DNA from: an uncultured Ignavibacteriales bacterium
Lineage (GTDB): Bacteria > Zixibacteria > MSB-5A5 > GN15 > FEB-12
DNA: 64,000 nt
NCBI GenBank assembly: GCA_964557855.1
Contig: CAZLBP010000004.1
Location: 75,149 to 139,148 of the forward strand
Reading direction: 5' to 3'
Under the pieces are notes generated by a model, which was given only the letters and a program-made list of their open reading frames with translations, searched no databases and was not told the origin of the DNA. Positions 49,634-58,935 of this stretch are shown here, one piece after another. How positions within the stretch are numbered: position 1 is the first letter of the stretch; each line of letters opens with the position of its first letter. A program made the translations under genes and the position numbers.

Positions 49634-51286
49634 ATGGCGGAAGCAAAACCGAAACCGGAAGAACTGCTGCAGGTTGAACACACGCCGCCGGACCGGTCCT
49701 GGCTGGACCCGAAAACGGAGTTCAGAAAGGGGACGTTCAATTACGCGGCGCAGCCGAAAAGCATGGCGTATCTCGATCTGCCGAACGTACGGAAGTGGCA
49801 GCCGATGGAGGACGACTGGCAGCTCCCGGAGAACTGGCAGGAGATCATCCACCAGGGTTTCAAGGAGCGGCTGGACAAGTACCGGTCGCTGCGCGTGTTC
49901 ATGGATATTTGTGTCCGTTGTGGAGCGTGCGCCGACAAGTGCCATTTTTATATCGGGTCGGGCGATCCCAAGAACATGCCGGTGCTGCGGGCAGAGTTGT
50001 TGCGGTCGCTGTATCGGAACGATTTCACGCTGCTGGGGAAGATGTTCGGCACGCTGGCCGGCGGGCGGAAGTTATCCGTGGAGATGATCAAGGAGTGGTT
50101 TTACTACTTCTACCAGTGCACCGAGTGTCGACGCTGTTCGGTGTTTTGTCCGTATGGGATCGATACGGCCGAAATCACCATGATGGGCCGGGAGCTGCTG
50201 AATCTGCTGGGTCTGGATATCGACTGGGTGACGACGCCGGCGGCGAACTGTTTCCGCACCGGTAATCATCTGGGTATTCAACCGCACGGTTTTGCCGACA
50301 GTGTCGAGTTTGCAATCGACGATCTGGAATCTTCGACCGGGGTCAGAGTCGACGTGCCGATCAACAAGAAAGGGGCGGAGATTCTCTTCATTACGCCGTC
50401 GGCTGACTATTTTGCCGATCCGCACTATTACGGGTTTATGGGGTATCTGGCACTCTTCCATGAGATTGGGTTGGATTACACGTTCAGCACGTACGCGTCG
50501 GAAGGGGGCAATTTCGGGCTGTTCCATTCGTCGGAGATGATGAAGCGTCTGAACGCCAAGATGTACGCGGAGGCGAAACGCCTGGGTGTGAAGTGGATCC
50601 TGGGCGGTGAATGCGGTCATATGTGGCGTGTCATTCACCAGTACATGGATACGATGAACGGTCCGGCCGACTTTCTCGAGGTACCGGTGTCGCCCATTAC
50701 GGGGACGCGGTTCGAGAACGCCGCCTCGACCAAGATGGTGCATATTGCGGAGTTCACAGCGGATTTGATCAAGCACGGCAAGTTGAAGCTGGATAAGAGT
50801 CGGAATGATCATCGGACGGTGACGTTTCATGATTCGTGCAACCCGGCGCGGGCGATGGGATTACTGGAGGAGCCGCGATATGTTCTCAGGCACGTGTGCA
50901 ACAAGTTCCACGAGATGCCGGAGAACACCATTCGGGAGCAGACGTTCTGCTGCGGCAGCGGGGCCGGGCTGGGGACGGATGAAAATTTCGAGATGCGCAT
51001 GCGGGGAGGCATGCCGCGCGCTAATGCAGCTAAGTTCGTCCATGAACAGTACGGGGTGGACATGATGGCCTGTATCTGCGCGATCGATAAGGCGACGTTA
51101 TCGCCACTGATGGAGTACTGGCTGCCGGAGGTGCAAATCTGCGGTCTGCACGAGCTGGTGGGTAACGCGCTGGTGATGAAGGGAGAAAAGGACCGCAACG
51201 CGGATTTCCGCGGGGATCCGTTTGTTGGCACCCAGCCGCCGCCCGAGGAAGCGGAGCAGCAGAAGGAGGTGGCTGATGCAAAATAG
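49634..51286 (+). CDS. dsrK: DsrK heterodisulfide-reductase-like subunit
   Basis: CVRCGACADKC, CTECRRCSVFC, ECGH, HDSC, CCG, CAID. Confidence 0.97.
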   Translation: MAEAKPKPEELLQVEHTPPDRSWLDPKTEFRKGTFNYAAQPKSMAYLDLPNVRKWQPMEDDWQLPENWQEIIHQGFKERLDKYRSLRVFMDICVRCGACADKCHFYIGSGDPKNMPVLRAELLRSLYRNDFTLLGKMFGTLAGGRKLSVEMIKEWFYYFYQCTECRRCSVFCPYGIDTAEITMMGRELLNLLGLDIDWVTTPAANCFRTGNHLGIQPHGFADSVEFAIDDLESSTGVRVDVPINKKGAEILFITPSADYFADPHYYGFMGYLALFHEIGLDYTFSTYASEGGNFGLFHSSEMMKRLNAKMYAEAKRLGVKWILGGECGHMWRVIHQYMDTMNGPADFLEVPVSPITGTRFENAASTKMVHIAEFTADLIKHGKLKLDKSRNDHRTVTFHDSCNPARAMGLLEEPRYVLRHVCNKFHEMPENTIREQTFCCGSGAGLGTDENFEMRMRGGMPRANAAKFVHEQYGVDMMACICAIDKATLSPLMEYWLPEVQICGLHELVGNALVMKGEKDRNADFRGDPFVGTQPPPEEAEQQKEVADAK

Positions 51287-51659
51287 GGGACGGATCATAA
51301 TCGGACTGGTCGTCTTCCTGGCTCTGATTTCCTACCCGGTGTGGTACAACGTGGCGAGCGGCAAGGCGGGGTATGTGCCCGATTTGGAGAAGCCGGCCGA
51401 CGCCGAACAGTGTGTACGGGAGACGACGTACATGACGGCGCACCATATGGATTTGCTGGACGAGTGGCGTGACCGGGTAGTACGGGAAGGCGTACGGATG
51501 GATGAGAGTTTAGGCGGCGAAGCGGTGGAGATGAGTTTGACGCGGACCTGTCTGGGGTGTCATGTTAACAAGGACGCTTTCTGCGATCGTTGCCATGACT
51601 ATCTGGAGGTGTCGCCTTACTGCTGGGACTGCCATGTTGATCCGAAGGAGGTGCGGTGA
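51276..51659 (+). CDS. dsrJ: DsrJ triheme cytochrome c
   Basis: CLGCH, CDRCH, CWDCH; HMDLLDEWRD. Confidence 0.95.
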   Translation: MQNRGRIIIGLVVFLALISYPVWYNVASGKAGYVPDLEKPADAEQCVRETTYMTAHHMDLLDEWRDRVVREGVRMDESLGGEAVEMSLTRTCLGCHVNKDAFCDRCHDYLEVSPYCWDCHVDPKEVR

Positions 51660-52456
51660 TGGGAATTGACCGACGCAAGTTCATCAGGGCCTCCGGAATG
51701 GCTTTGCTGGGTCTGGCGGGGACGGCGCCGGCACGTTTGTTGGGGAGTGACGATTCCACGTTGACTGCCGTTGACAGTGCGGCGAAGCGCCCGACCGGCC
51801 AGCCGCTGGTGGGGAAGCGCTGGGCAATGGTGGTGGATATGCGCAAGTGCGTGGAAGAAAAAGGGTGTGACAAGTGCATCAAGGCGTGTCACGTGACGCA
51901 CAACGTGCCGGAATTCGAGAACAAGAAGGATGAGATTAAGTGGATTTGGAAGGAAGATTTCCACTACGCGTTTCATAATCAGGATCACAAGTACTTAAAG
52001 AGTCATCTCAGTCACGAGAAGCTGCCGCTTCTGTGCAATCACTGCGACAACCCGCCGTGTACGCGGGTTTGTCCAACGCAGGCGACGTGGAAGCGGGAGA
52101 GTGACGGGATTGTCATGATGGACTGGCATCGGTGTATCGGCTGCCGGTATTGTGTGGCGGCCTGCCCGTACGGTTCGCGAAGTTTCAACTGGCGTGACCC
52201 GCGGCCGTTTATCGATAAGATCGATCCGGAGTTTCCGACGCGGGTGCGTGGGGTCGTGGAGAAGTGTACATTCTGTGAGGAGCGTCTGGCCAAAGGGCAG
52301 TTGCCTGCTTGTGTGGAAGCGTGCGAGGCCAAGGCGCTGGTGTTCGGCGATCTCGAGGATCCGGAATCCGAGGTGCGGCAGATTCTGGCAGAGAACTTTA
52401 CGATACGACGCAATCCGGGGCTGGGCACGAACCCCGAAGTTTACTATGTAGTGTGA
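51659..52456 (+). CDS. dsrO: DsrO periplasmic Fe-S protein
   Basis: Tat signal RRKF; CNHCDNPPC, CIGCRYC, CTFC. Confidence 0.95.
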   Translation: MGIDRRKFIRASGMALLGLAGTAPARLLGSDDSTLTAVDSAAKRPTGQPLVGKRWAMVVDMRKCVEEKGCDKCIKACHVTHNVPEFENKKDEIKWIWKEDFHYAFHNQDHKYLKSHLSHEKLPLLCNHCDNPPCTRVCPTQATWKRESDGIVMMDWHRCIGCRYCVAACPYGSRSFNWRDPRPFIDKIDPEFPTRVRGVVEKCTFCEERLAKGQLPACVEACEAKALVFGDLEDPESEVRQILAENFTIRRNPGLGTNPEVYYVV

Positions 52457-52463
52457 GGCGGAT

Positions 52464-53618
52464 ATGCTGGAGAAAGCGTTAGAAGGAGATAAGCGATACT
52501 GGAGCTGGGTGGCGTTCCTATTCATTGTGATTGCGATCGGTACCATCAACTATCTGCGTCAGCTGGAAGAGGGCCTGCAAATTACGGGACTGAGTCGCGA
52601 CGTGACCTGGGGGTTTTACATTGCCCAGTTCACGTTCCTGGTCGGGGTGGCGGCTTCGGCGGTGATGGTGGTCTTGCCCTACTACCTGCACAATTACAAG
52701 GTGTTCGGGAAGATGACGATTCTCGGGGAATTCCTGGCGGTCGGCTGTGTTACTATGTGCATGCTGTTCATTTTCGTGGATATGGGGCAGCCGTTCCGGA
52801 TCTTGAACGTGTTTCTGCACCCGACACCGCAGTCGGTGATGTTCTGGGATACGGTGGTGCTGTCGGGGTACCTGGTTCTCAACGTGGTAATCAGTCACGT
52901 GACGTTAACGGCCGAACGCAAATCGGTGCCGCCGCCGCAGTGGATAAGACCGGTTATTATTCTATCGATACCGTGGGCGGTCAGTATTCATACGGTGACG
53001 GCGTTTCTTTATAGCGGTCTGGCGGCGCGGCCGTTCTGGATGACGGCTATTCTGGCGCCGCGCTTTCTGGCTTCGGCGTTCTCTTCGGGGCCGGCGCTGC
53101 TGATCATACTGGCTCTGTTTTTGCGGAAGACGACTAAGTTCGATGCGGGCAAGGAGGCGATCGAGAAACTGGCGACGATCGTGACGTACGCCATGGCGAT
53201 CAACATTTTCTTCGTATTGATGGAAGTGTTCACGGCGGTGTATAGCGATATTCCGCATCATACGATGCACTTCGAATATCTGTTTCTCGGTATAGACGGC
53301 AAGGACTTCCTGGTGCCGTTCATGTGGACCTCGGAGATACTGGCGGCGCTGGCGCTGGTGTTGTTGATCGTGCCTTCGTTCCGAAGGAATCACGGTTTGC
53401 TGGCGGTGGCCTGTGTGGCGGTGTTCGTTTCGCTGTGGATCGACAAGGGGATGGGCATGGTGGTGACCGGTTTCGTGCCCAATCCGCTGGGCCAGGTCAC
53501 AGAGTACATGCCGACCCTGCCGGAGATTCTGATCACGCTCGGTGTCTATGCGGTGGGGGCGTTGATCGTCACGGTGCTGTACAAGATTGCGTTGTCGGTG
53601 AGGAAGCAATTGGTCTAA
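52464..53618 (+). CDS. dsrP: DsrP NrfD-family membrane protein
   Basis: TGLSRDVTWG, SIHTVTAF, PRFLASAF, WIDKG. Confidence 0.95.
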   Translation: MLEKALEGDKRYWSWVAFLFIVIAIGTINYLRQLEEGLQITGLSRDVTWGFYIAQFTFLVGVAASAVMVVLPYYLHNYKVFGKMTILGEFLAVGCVTMCMLFIFVDMGQPFRILNVFLHPTPQSVMFWDTVVLSGYLVLNVVISHVTLTAERKSVPPPQWIRPVIILSIPWAVSIHTVTAFLYSGLAARPFWMTAILAPRFLASAFSSGPALLIILALFLRKTTKFDAGKEAIEKLATIVTYAMAINIFFVLMEVFTAVYSDIPHHTMHFEYLFLGIDGKDFLVPFMWTSEILAALALVLLIVPSFRRNHGLLAVACVAVFVSLWIDKGMGMVVTGFVPNPLGQVTEYMPTLPEILITLGVYAVGALIVTVLYKIALSVRKQLV

Positions 53619-53688
53619 GAGCGAGGTCTTACAAGAATCAGGAGCGCGCCGTGGGCGGCGCGCCGGGTAAATACGAGAGCCCATGAAG

Positions 53689-53719
53689 CGTCGGGGGTTG
53701 CATGTTGCAACCCCTCAAC
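53689..53719. repeat. CGTC-headed palindrome
   Basis: CGTC head followed by GGGGTTGCA / TGCAACCCC stem between dsrP and the next gene. Confidence 0.45.
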
Positions 53720-53732
53720 TGTCTGGAGAAGA

Positions 53733-55448
53733 ATGGAAATCGGCACAAAATCTGACGTAGTGGTAGTCGGTGGTGTGGCGGCCGGTCCCAAAACGGCGGC
53801 GACCCTGATGCGGCGTAATCCGAAGCTGAAAGTAACGCTGTTCCAGAAGGAACCGCGGATGTCGTACGCGACGTGCGGGATGCCGTATTTCGCTTCCGGG
53901 GATGTGAACAGTTTCGAGGAATTGACACTGACACCGTACGGCATACCGCGCTCGCCCGAGTTTTTCAAGAAGGCCAAAGGGTTTACGGCCGTACCCGGAG
54001 TGGAGATTACCGGCATAAACCGGGAACGCAAAGTGGTTACCGGACGATATGTTGGATCCGGCGAGACGTTCGAGCATGGTTACGGTACACTGGTTCTCGC
54101 AACGGGAGCGACGCCCATGGAACCCAGATTTCCGGTGGCGGAGTCACCGAAAATCAGGTCGTTTACTCGCCCGGATGACGCCATTCATTTCCGGCAGCAA
54201 GCGCAGACCGGCGGCGTAGGAGAGGCGGTCATCTTGGGCGGCGGGTTTATCGGCTGCGAGCTGGCCGAAGCGACTGCCGGGTTGTGGGGTATACAGAGTA
54301 CTCTGATAGAATGTGAGAAACAGTTGCTGCCGTATGCGCTTGATCCGGAGATGGCCAGGCTGGTTCGAGTGGAGATGGAGCGGCAAGGAATCGAAGTGAT
54401 GACCGGTTCGATGGTGAAGTCCATTTCGTTGCAGGACGAGGATCGAGTGCTGACGGAGGTAGTGACGCCGTCAGAAACGAAGACGATCGAATCGGATTAC
54501 GTGTTCCTGAGTATTGGTGTTAAGCCGGAGGTGCAGTTGGCGGTTGCGTGTGGACTAGAGATGGGCACCACGGGCGGCATCAAAGTCGACGAGTGCCTGC
54601 GAACATCGGATCCGGACATCTACGCGGGCGGGGACTGTATCGAGTCAATTCATCAACTGACGGGCCGGGAACTTTACTTGCCATTGGGATCGCTGGCGAA
54701 CCGACATGGGCGAGTTATAGCGGAAAATATTGTCGGTAATAAGGCCCAGTTCCCGGGTGTGCTGGGGGCGTTCTTCGTGAAGGTGTTCGATGCGAACGTG
54801 GGTTCGGTGGGTCTGTCGGCACGGGCGGCCACGGACGCCGGGCTGGCGTACCGTGAAATTTGGGGCGCATTTACGGATAAGCCGGAGTATTACCCGGAGA
54901 GCGCCTCGTTTCTGCTGAAGATGCTGTATGCCCCGGATTCACTGCAGTTGTTGGGGTTGCAGGCAGTGGGGAAGGGGGATATTTGTCGGCGAATTGACGT
55001 GTTATCGACGTTTTTGCAGCATAAGGCAACCGTGAAGAACCTGTTGGATTTTGAACATGGTTATGCGCCCCCGTATTCGGAAGCGCTGGACCCGCTGCAT
55101 CAGTTGGCCGGGGCGGCGCTGGCTCAGGAACGCGGAGTGAGATTTGTCGGTCCTGGTTTTGATTTGGCACGTATGGATGGTTCACCGATGTGGCTGGATG
55201 TTCGCGAAAACGGCGAAGTGGAGGCGCAGCCGGTCAGTGACGAAGTGCTGGGGGGAGCGAACAACCGTCGGCATATACCGCTTTTAGAACTGGTCGACCA
55301 TCTCGCGGAGCTTGATTCCGCGAAAAAAATGGTTATTCTATGTCGACGAGGCCCACGATCCTATCAGGCGGCCCTGATTTTGAAAGCGGCCGGATTTGAT
55401 AACGTCGAAGTGGTCAGTGGAGGAACAACCGGTCTGCTCGGAGAGTAA
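53733..55448 (+). CDS. CoA-disulfide/persulfide reductase-like flavoprotein with C-terminal rhodanese domain (Npsr-like)
   Basis: GGVAAG, redox Cys SYATCGMPY, GGGFIG, YAGGD, YAPPYS, rhodanese LDVR...CRRGPRS. Confidence 0.88.
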   Translation: MEIGTKSDVVVVGGVAAGPKTAATLMRRNPKLKVTLFQKEPRMSYATCGMPYFASGDVNSFEELTLTPYGIPRSPEFFKKAKGFTAVPGVEITGINRERKVVTGRYVGSGETFEHGYGTLVLATGATPMEPRFPVAESPKIRSFTRPDDAIHFRQQAQTGGVGEAVILGGGFIGCELAEATAGLWGIQSTLIECEKQLLPYALDPEMARLVRVEMERQGIEVMTGSMVKSISLQDEDRVLTEVVTPSETKTIESDYVFLSIGVKPEVQLAVACGLEMGTTGGIKVDECLRTSDPDIYAGGDCIESIHQLTGRELYLPLGSLANRHGRVIAENIVGNKAQFPGVLGAFFVKVFDANVGSVGLSARAATDAGLAYREIWGAFTDKPEYYPESASFLLKMLYAPDSLQLLGLQAVGKGDICRRIDVLSTFLQHKATVKNLLDFEHGYAPPYSEALDPLHQLAGAALAQERGVRFVGPGFDLARMDGSPMWLDVRENGEVEAQPVSDEVLGGANNRRHIPLLELVDHLAELDSAKKMVILCRRGPRSYQAALILKAAGFDNVEVVSGGTTGLLGE

Positions 55449-55477
55449 GACGTTTGGACGAGTATTAAGAGAAGACT

Positions 55478-56698
55478 ATGTCATCAGGTAACTGGCATTT
55501 AGTGGTATGCGGCATCAGCCACAAGACATCGACCCTGGAAGAGCGGTCGCCGTTGAGCGTGGGTCGCGAAGATCTGGCCGCAGCGAACGCGGCGTTCAAC
55601 GATCTGCCGGATGTGATCGAGTCCTGCATTCTGTCGACGTGTAACCGGGTCGAGTTTTATTTCGTAACGCGTCGGAAGAAAGCGCCGCTGGACGTAGTGC
55701 ATTCGTTTTATCAGCAGCATCGTCAACTGAATTCCCGGAAGCTGAGCGACCGTTTCTACGCGAAGCGCGATCGCCACGCGACCGCGCATTTGTTACGCGT
55801 GGCGGGCGGGCTGGATTCGATGGTGCTGGGTGAGAACCAGATACTGGGGCAGGTCAGGGAAGCTTACAGTTCGGCTTGCAGTATCAAGTCGGCCGGGAAG
55901 GTGATTCATAGGCTGTTTCACCAGGCCTTTCGGGTCGGCAAACAGATCCGAACCGATACTGAAATGGGCAAGGGGGCCTGCTCGGTGAGCAGTGCGTCGC
56001 TCGATCTGTTGCGCACTAAGGTGAACGGGCTGCCGAGTCCGTCGGTGTTATTCGTCGGTGTGAACAAGATGATTGATTTGTCGGCGACCAACCTGAGCCA
56101 GGAGCCGCACGGCGATTTTTATTTCGCCAATCGCACGCGGGAGAAGGCGGAGCGGCTGGCGGAGCGTTTTCACGGGCACGGTGGCGGTTTGGAGGAGTTG
56201 CCCCAATTCCTGGCGGGCGTGGATATCGTGGTCACGTGCACGGGCGCGGAGCAACCGATTATCACCGCGAGCATGCTGGCTGAGGCGGTGGCAGCGGCTC
56301 CGAGGAAGCGGCTGGTGATTATGGATATGGCGATTCCTCGGGACGTGGAAGACATCGACGGCCATTGTTCGGATATCGAAGTCTATGATCTGGAGGACGT
56401 GCGGCGGTTCCTGAGGGAGCATCAGGAGAAGCGCGAAGCGGCCGTGCCACAGGCGGAACTGATTGTGGAGCATCGGCTCGGTGAGTTCATGTACTGGTTC
56501 GATCACGTCCGTCACGAACTGATTTCAACTACGATCGACGAATCGTTCGACAGTTTGCGTCGTCAGGAGCTGGCCGGCGTGATCGACAAGTTGCCGCCGG
56601 ACCTTCGGGCCGAGCTGGAGGAATCTTCGAAATCTCTGGTTCAGAAACTCCTGCGGGTGACAGCCCGAACCTGCAGCAAATGTTCAACTACGGAGTAA
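55478..56698 (+). CDS. hemA: Glutamyl-tRNA reductase
   Basis: STCNRVE, GLDSMVLGENQILGQV, ANRT, DMAIPRDV. Confidence 0.93.
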   Translation: MSSGNWHLVVCGISHKTSTLEERSPLSVGREDLAAANAAFNDLPDVIESCILSTCNRVEFYFVTRRKKAPLDVVHSFYQQHRQLNSRKLSDRFYAKRDRHATAHLLRVAGGLDSMVLGENQILGQVREAYSSACSIKSAGKVIHRLFHQAFRVGKQIRTDTEMGKGACSVSSASLDLLRTKVNGLPSPSVLFVGVNKMIDLSATNLSQEPHGDFYFANRTREKAERLAERFHGHGGGLEELPQFLAGVDIVVTCTGAEQPIITASMLAEAVAAAPRKRLVIMDMAIPRDVEDIDGHCSDIEVYDLEDVRRFLREHQEKREAAVPQAELIVEHRLGEFMYWFDHVRHELISTTIDESFDSLRRQELAGVIDKLPPDLRAELEESSKSLVQKLLRVTARTCSKCSTTE

Positions 56699-56702
56699 TG
56701 GT

Positions 56703-57344
56703 ATGCCTCATACGTACCTGCCCATATCACTGTCTTTGAAGAATCGCAAGTGTCTCGTGGTCGGCGGCGGCAACGTGGCGGTGCGCAAGGTGGAAACGCT
56801 CTTGGATTATGAGTCGGATATAACCGTGATCGCTCCGGAGATAACCAAGAAGCTGGAGTTTTTCGCTGAGTCGCAGCGAATCAAGGTGCACCTACGGCCG
56901 TATGAATCGCCGGAGGCGACGCATTTCGGGCTGGTTGTCAGCGCCAGCGACGATGCCACGGTGAACGAGGCGGTGTACGACGACTGTCAGGCGGCCGGGA
57001 TACCGGTCAACGTGGTCGATAATCCGCCGCTTTGCGATTTCATTTTCCCGGCAGTTTTGCGGCGGGATTGTTTGAGTGTGGCGGTGTCGACCGACGGCCA
57101 GGCGCCGTTTCTGTCCGGGCATTTGCGCTACGTGCTGGAAAACATCTTTCCGGAGCATTGGACAAAGATGTCACAATTGGCGGCCGCCTTCAGAAAGGAC
57201 GTGCAGCGCCATTGGCAGGGACAGCCGGAACAGAAGAAGGCGGCGTTCGAACGGTTTGTCGAGGCGGATTGGAAGGAGATCCTGAAAGAACAGGATGAGG
57301 CGGTGCTGCAGGACGTTCTCAATCGGCTGTTGACCAATGAATGA
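56703..57344 (+). CDS. Precorrin-2 dehydrogenase/ferrochelatase (SirC / CysG N-terminal)
   Basis: VGGGNVAVRK, NVVDNPPLCDFIFPA, VSTDGQAP. Confidence 0.9.
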   Translation: MPHTYLPISLSLKNRKCLVVGGGNVAVRKVETLLDYESDITVIAPEITKKLEFFAESQRIKVHLRPYESPEATHFGLVVSASDDATVNEAVYDDCQAAGIPVNVVDNPPLCDFIFPAVLRRDCLSVAVSTDGQAPFLSGHLRYVLENIFPEHWTKMSQLAAAFRKDVQRHWQGQPEQKKAAFERFVEADWKEILKEQDEAVLQDVLNRLLTNE

Positions 57345-57381
57345 AGCATTGCTTCAAGTCTGCGGATAAACGGGTCCTCTA

Positions 57382-58935
57382 ATGAAAACAACAAAACAGG
57401 GTATGGTCTACCTGGCGGGGGCGGGTCCGGGCGATCCGGAGCTGGTCACTGAGAAGGTGCGGCGGCTGCTGGGCATATGCGATACGGTGGTCTATGATAA
57501 TTTGATCCCCGACGAACTGATCGTAACTTTGCCCTCCGGGGTGGAGACGTTTTACGTGGGCAAGCGTGCGGGGAAGGTCTGTCGCAATCAGGCGGAGATC
57601 AACGAGCTGCTGGTCAAGCTCGCGCGGGAAGGCAAGACCGTGGTGCGGCTTAAGGGCAGCGACCCGCTCATATTCGGACGAGGCGGTGAGGAAGCGAAGC
57701 ATCTGCAGCGGGCGGGCGTGAAGTTCGAAATCGTACCGGGGATTACTTCCGGCGTGGCGGCTGCCGCTTACGCCGGGATCCCTTGCACGGACCGCAATAT
57801 AGCGTCAACTGTCCTGTTTGTTACCGGGCATAAGGCGAAAGAGAAGGAGACAGCCTCGGTGGACTGGTCCTGGGTGGCTCGGGCGCGCCGGACGACTGTC
57901 GTGATCTATATGGGAGTAAGCGAAATTCCGAATATCGTGGCGCAGCTGGTGGAACACGGTATGGCGAAGAACATTCCCGCGGCGGCCATCGAGCGGGGTA
58001 CGTTCCCGAGTCAGAAAGCCGTGGTGGGTACGTTAAGTGAGCTGCCGGTCATGGTGGAAAAGAATCGGATCAAAGGCCCGGCGGTGTTCATAGTGGGAGA
58101 CGTGGTGTCGCTTCAAGAACACCTGGCCTGGTTCAAGGACAAATCGCTGCTCGGGGTGCGGGTAATGGTGACGCGACCGGCCGACCAGGCGGGAGGGATG
58201 TATGAGGAGTTGCGCGACCTGGGGGCGGAGGTGTTGCCTTATGCGACGATCGCGACAGAAGCATACGTAGATAACAGGGCCTGGGATGAGTTCGGCAGGG
58301 CGGCGCGGCCACACCGGTGGCTGGTGTTCACAAGCGAAAACGGGGTGAGGTATTTTGTGTCGCAGTTGTTGCAGCGCGAGTACGATATTCGGGCGCTGAC
58401 CGGTTTTCGGATCGGGGTTATCGGAGCGGGGACGGAGCGGGCTTTGAAAAAGCACGGGCTGCAGCCGGACTTCGTGCCCTCGCGGGCGACGACGGCGGCT
58501 TTTGCGGAGGAGTTTAAATCGCAGGGTGAACTCAGTAACGCAACCGTTGTCCGGGTTCGAGGGAATTTGAGCACGACGAATATCGATGAAGCCGTAACCC
58601 AAGCAGGTGGAGAACTGCTGCCGATGACTGTGTACGAGACCCATTTTACAAAGTGGCCGGGTGATCTGAAGGCCAAGCTGTTGGAAATACCGCCGGACGT
58701 CGTTATATTTACCAGTGGCACGACAGTGGACGGGCTGTTCGCGAATCTGTCAAGAGAGGAGATAGACCGGGTAATCAAGTCGGCCTTGTTGGTGTCTATC
58801 GGGCCTTCGACATCGGAGGTGATCCGGTCGTACGGCCTGGAGGTGGGGCTGGAGGCCGGTCGGCACACGATTCCGGACGTCATTCGGGAACTGGAGGCTT
58901 ATGCCGAAACGCATTCGTTGAGGAGAGGGATATGA
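57382..58935 (+). CDS. cobA: Uroporphyrinogen-III C-methyltransferase / synthase fusion (CobA-HemD)
   Basis: GAGPGDP, RLKGSDPLIFGRGGEE, PGITS; HemD half TRP, FTSENG, FTS, IGPST. Confidence 0.93.
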   Translation: MKTTKQGMVYLAGAGPGDPELVTEKVRRLLGICDTVVYDNLIPDELIVTLPSGVETFYVGKRAGKVCRNQAEINELLVKLAREGKTVVRLKGSDPLIFGRGGEEAKHLQRAGVKFEIVPGITSGVAAAAYAGIPCTDRNIASTVLFVTGHKAKEKETASVDWSWVARARRTTVVIYMGVSEIPNIVAQLVEHGMAKNIPAAAIERGTFPSQKAVVGTLSELPVMVEKNRIKGPAVFIVGDVVSLQEHLAWFKDKSLLGVRVMVTRPADQAGGMYEELRDLGAEVLPYATIATEAYVDNRAWDEFGRAARPHRWLVFTSENGVRYFVSQLLQREYDIRALTGFRIGVIGAGTERALKKHGLQPDFVPSRATTAAFAEEFKSQGELSNATVVRVRGNLSTTNIDEAVTQAGGELLPMTVYETHFTKWPGDLKAKLLEIPPDVVIFTSGTTVDGLFANLSREEIDRVIKSALLVSIGPSTSEVIRSYGLEVGLEAGRHTIPDVIRELEAYAETHSLRRGI

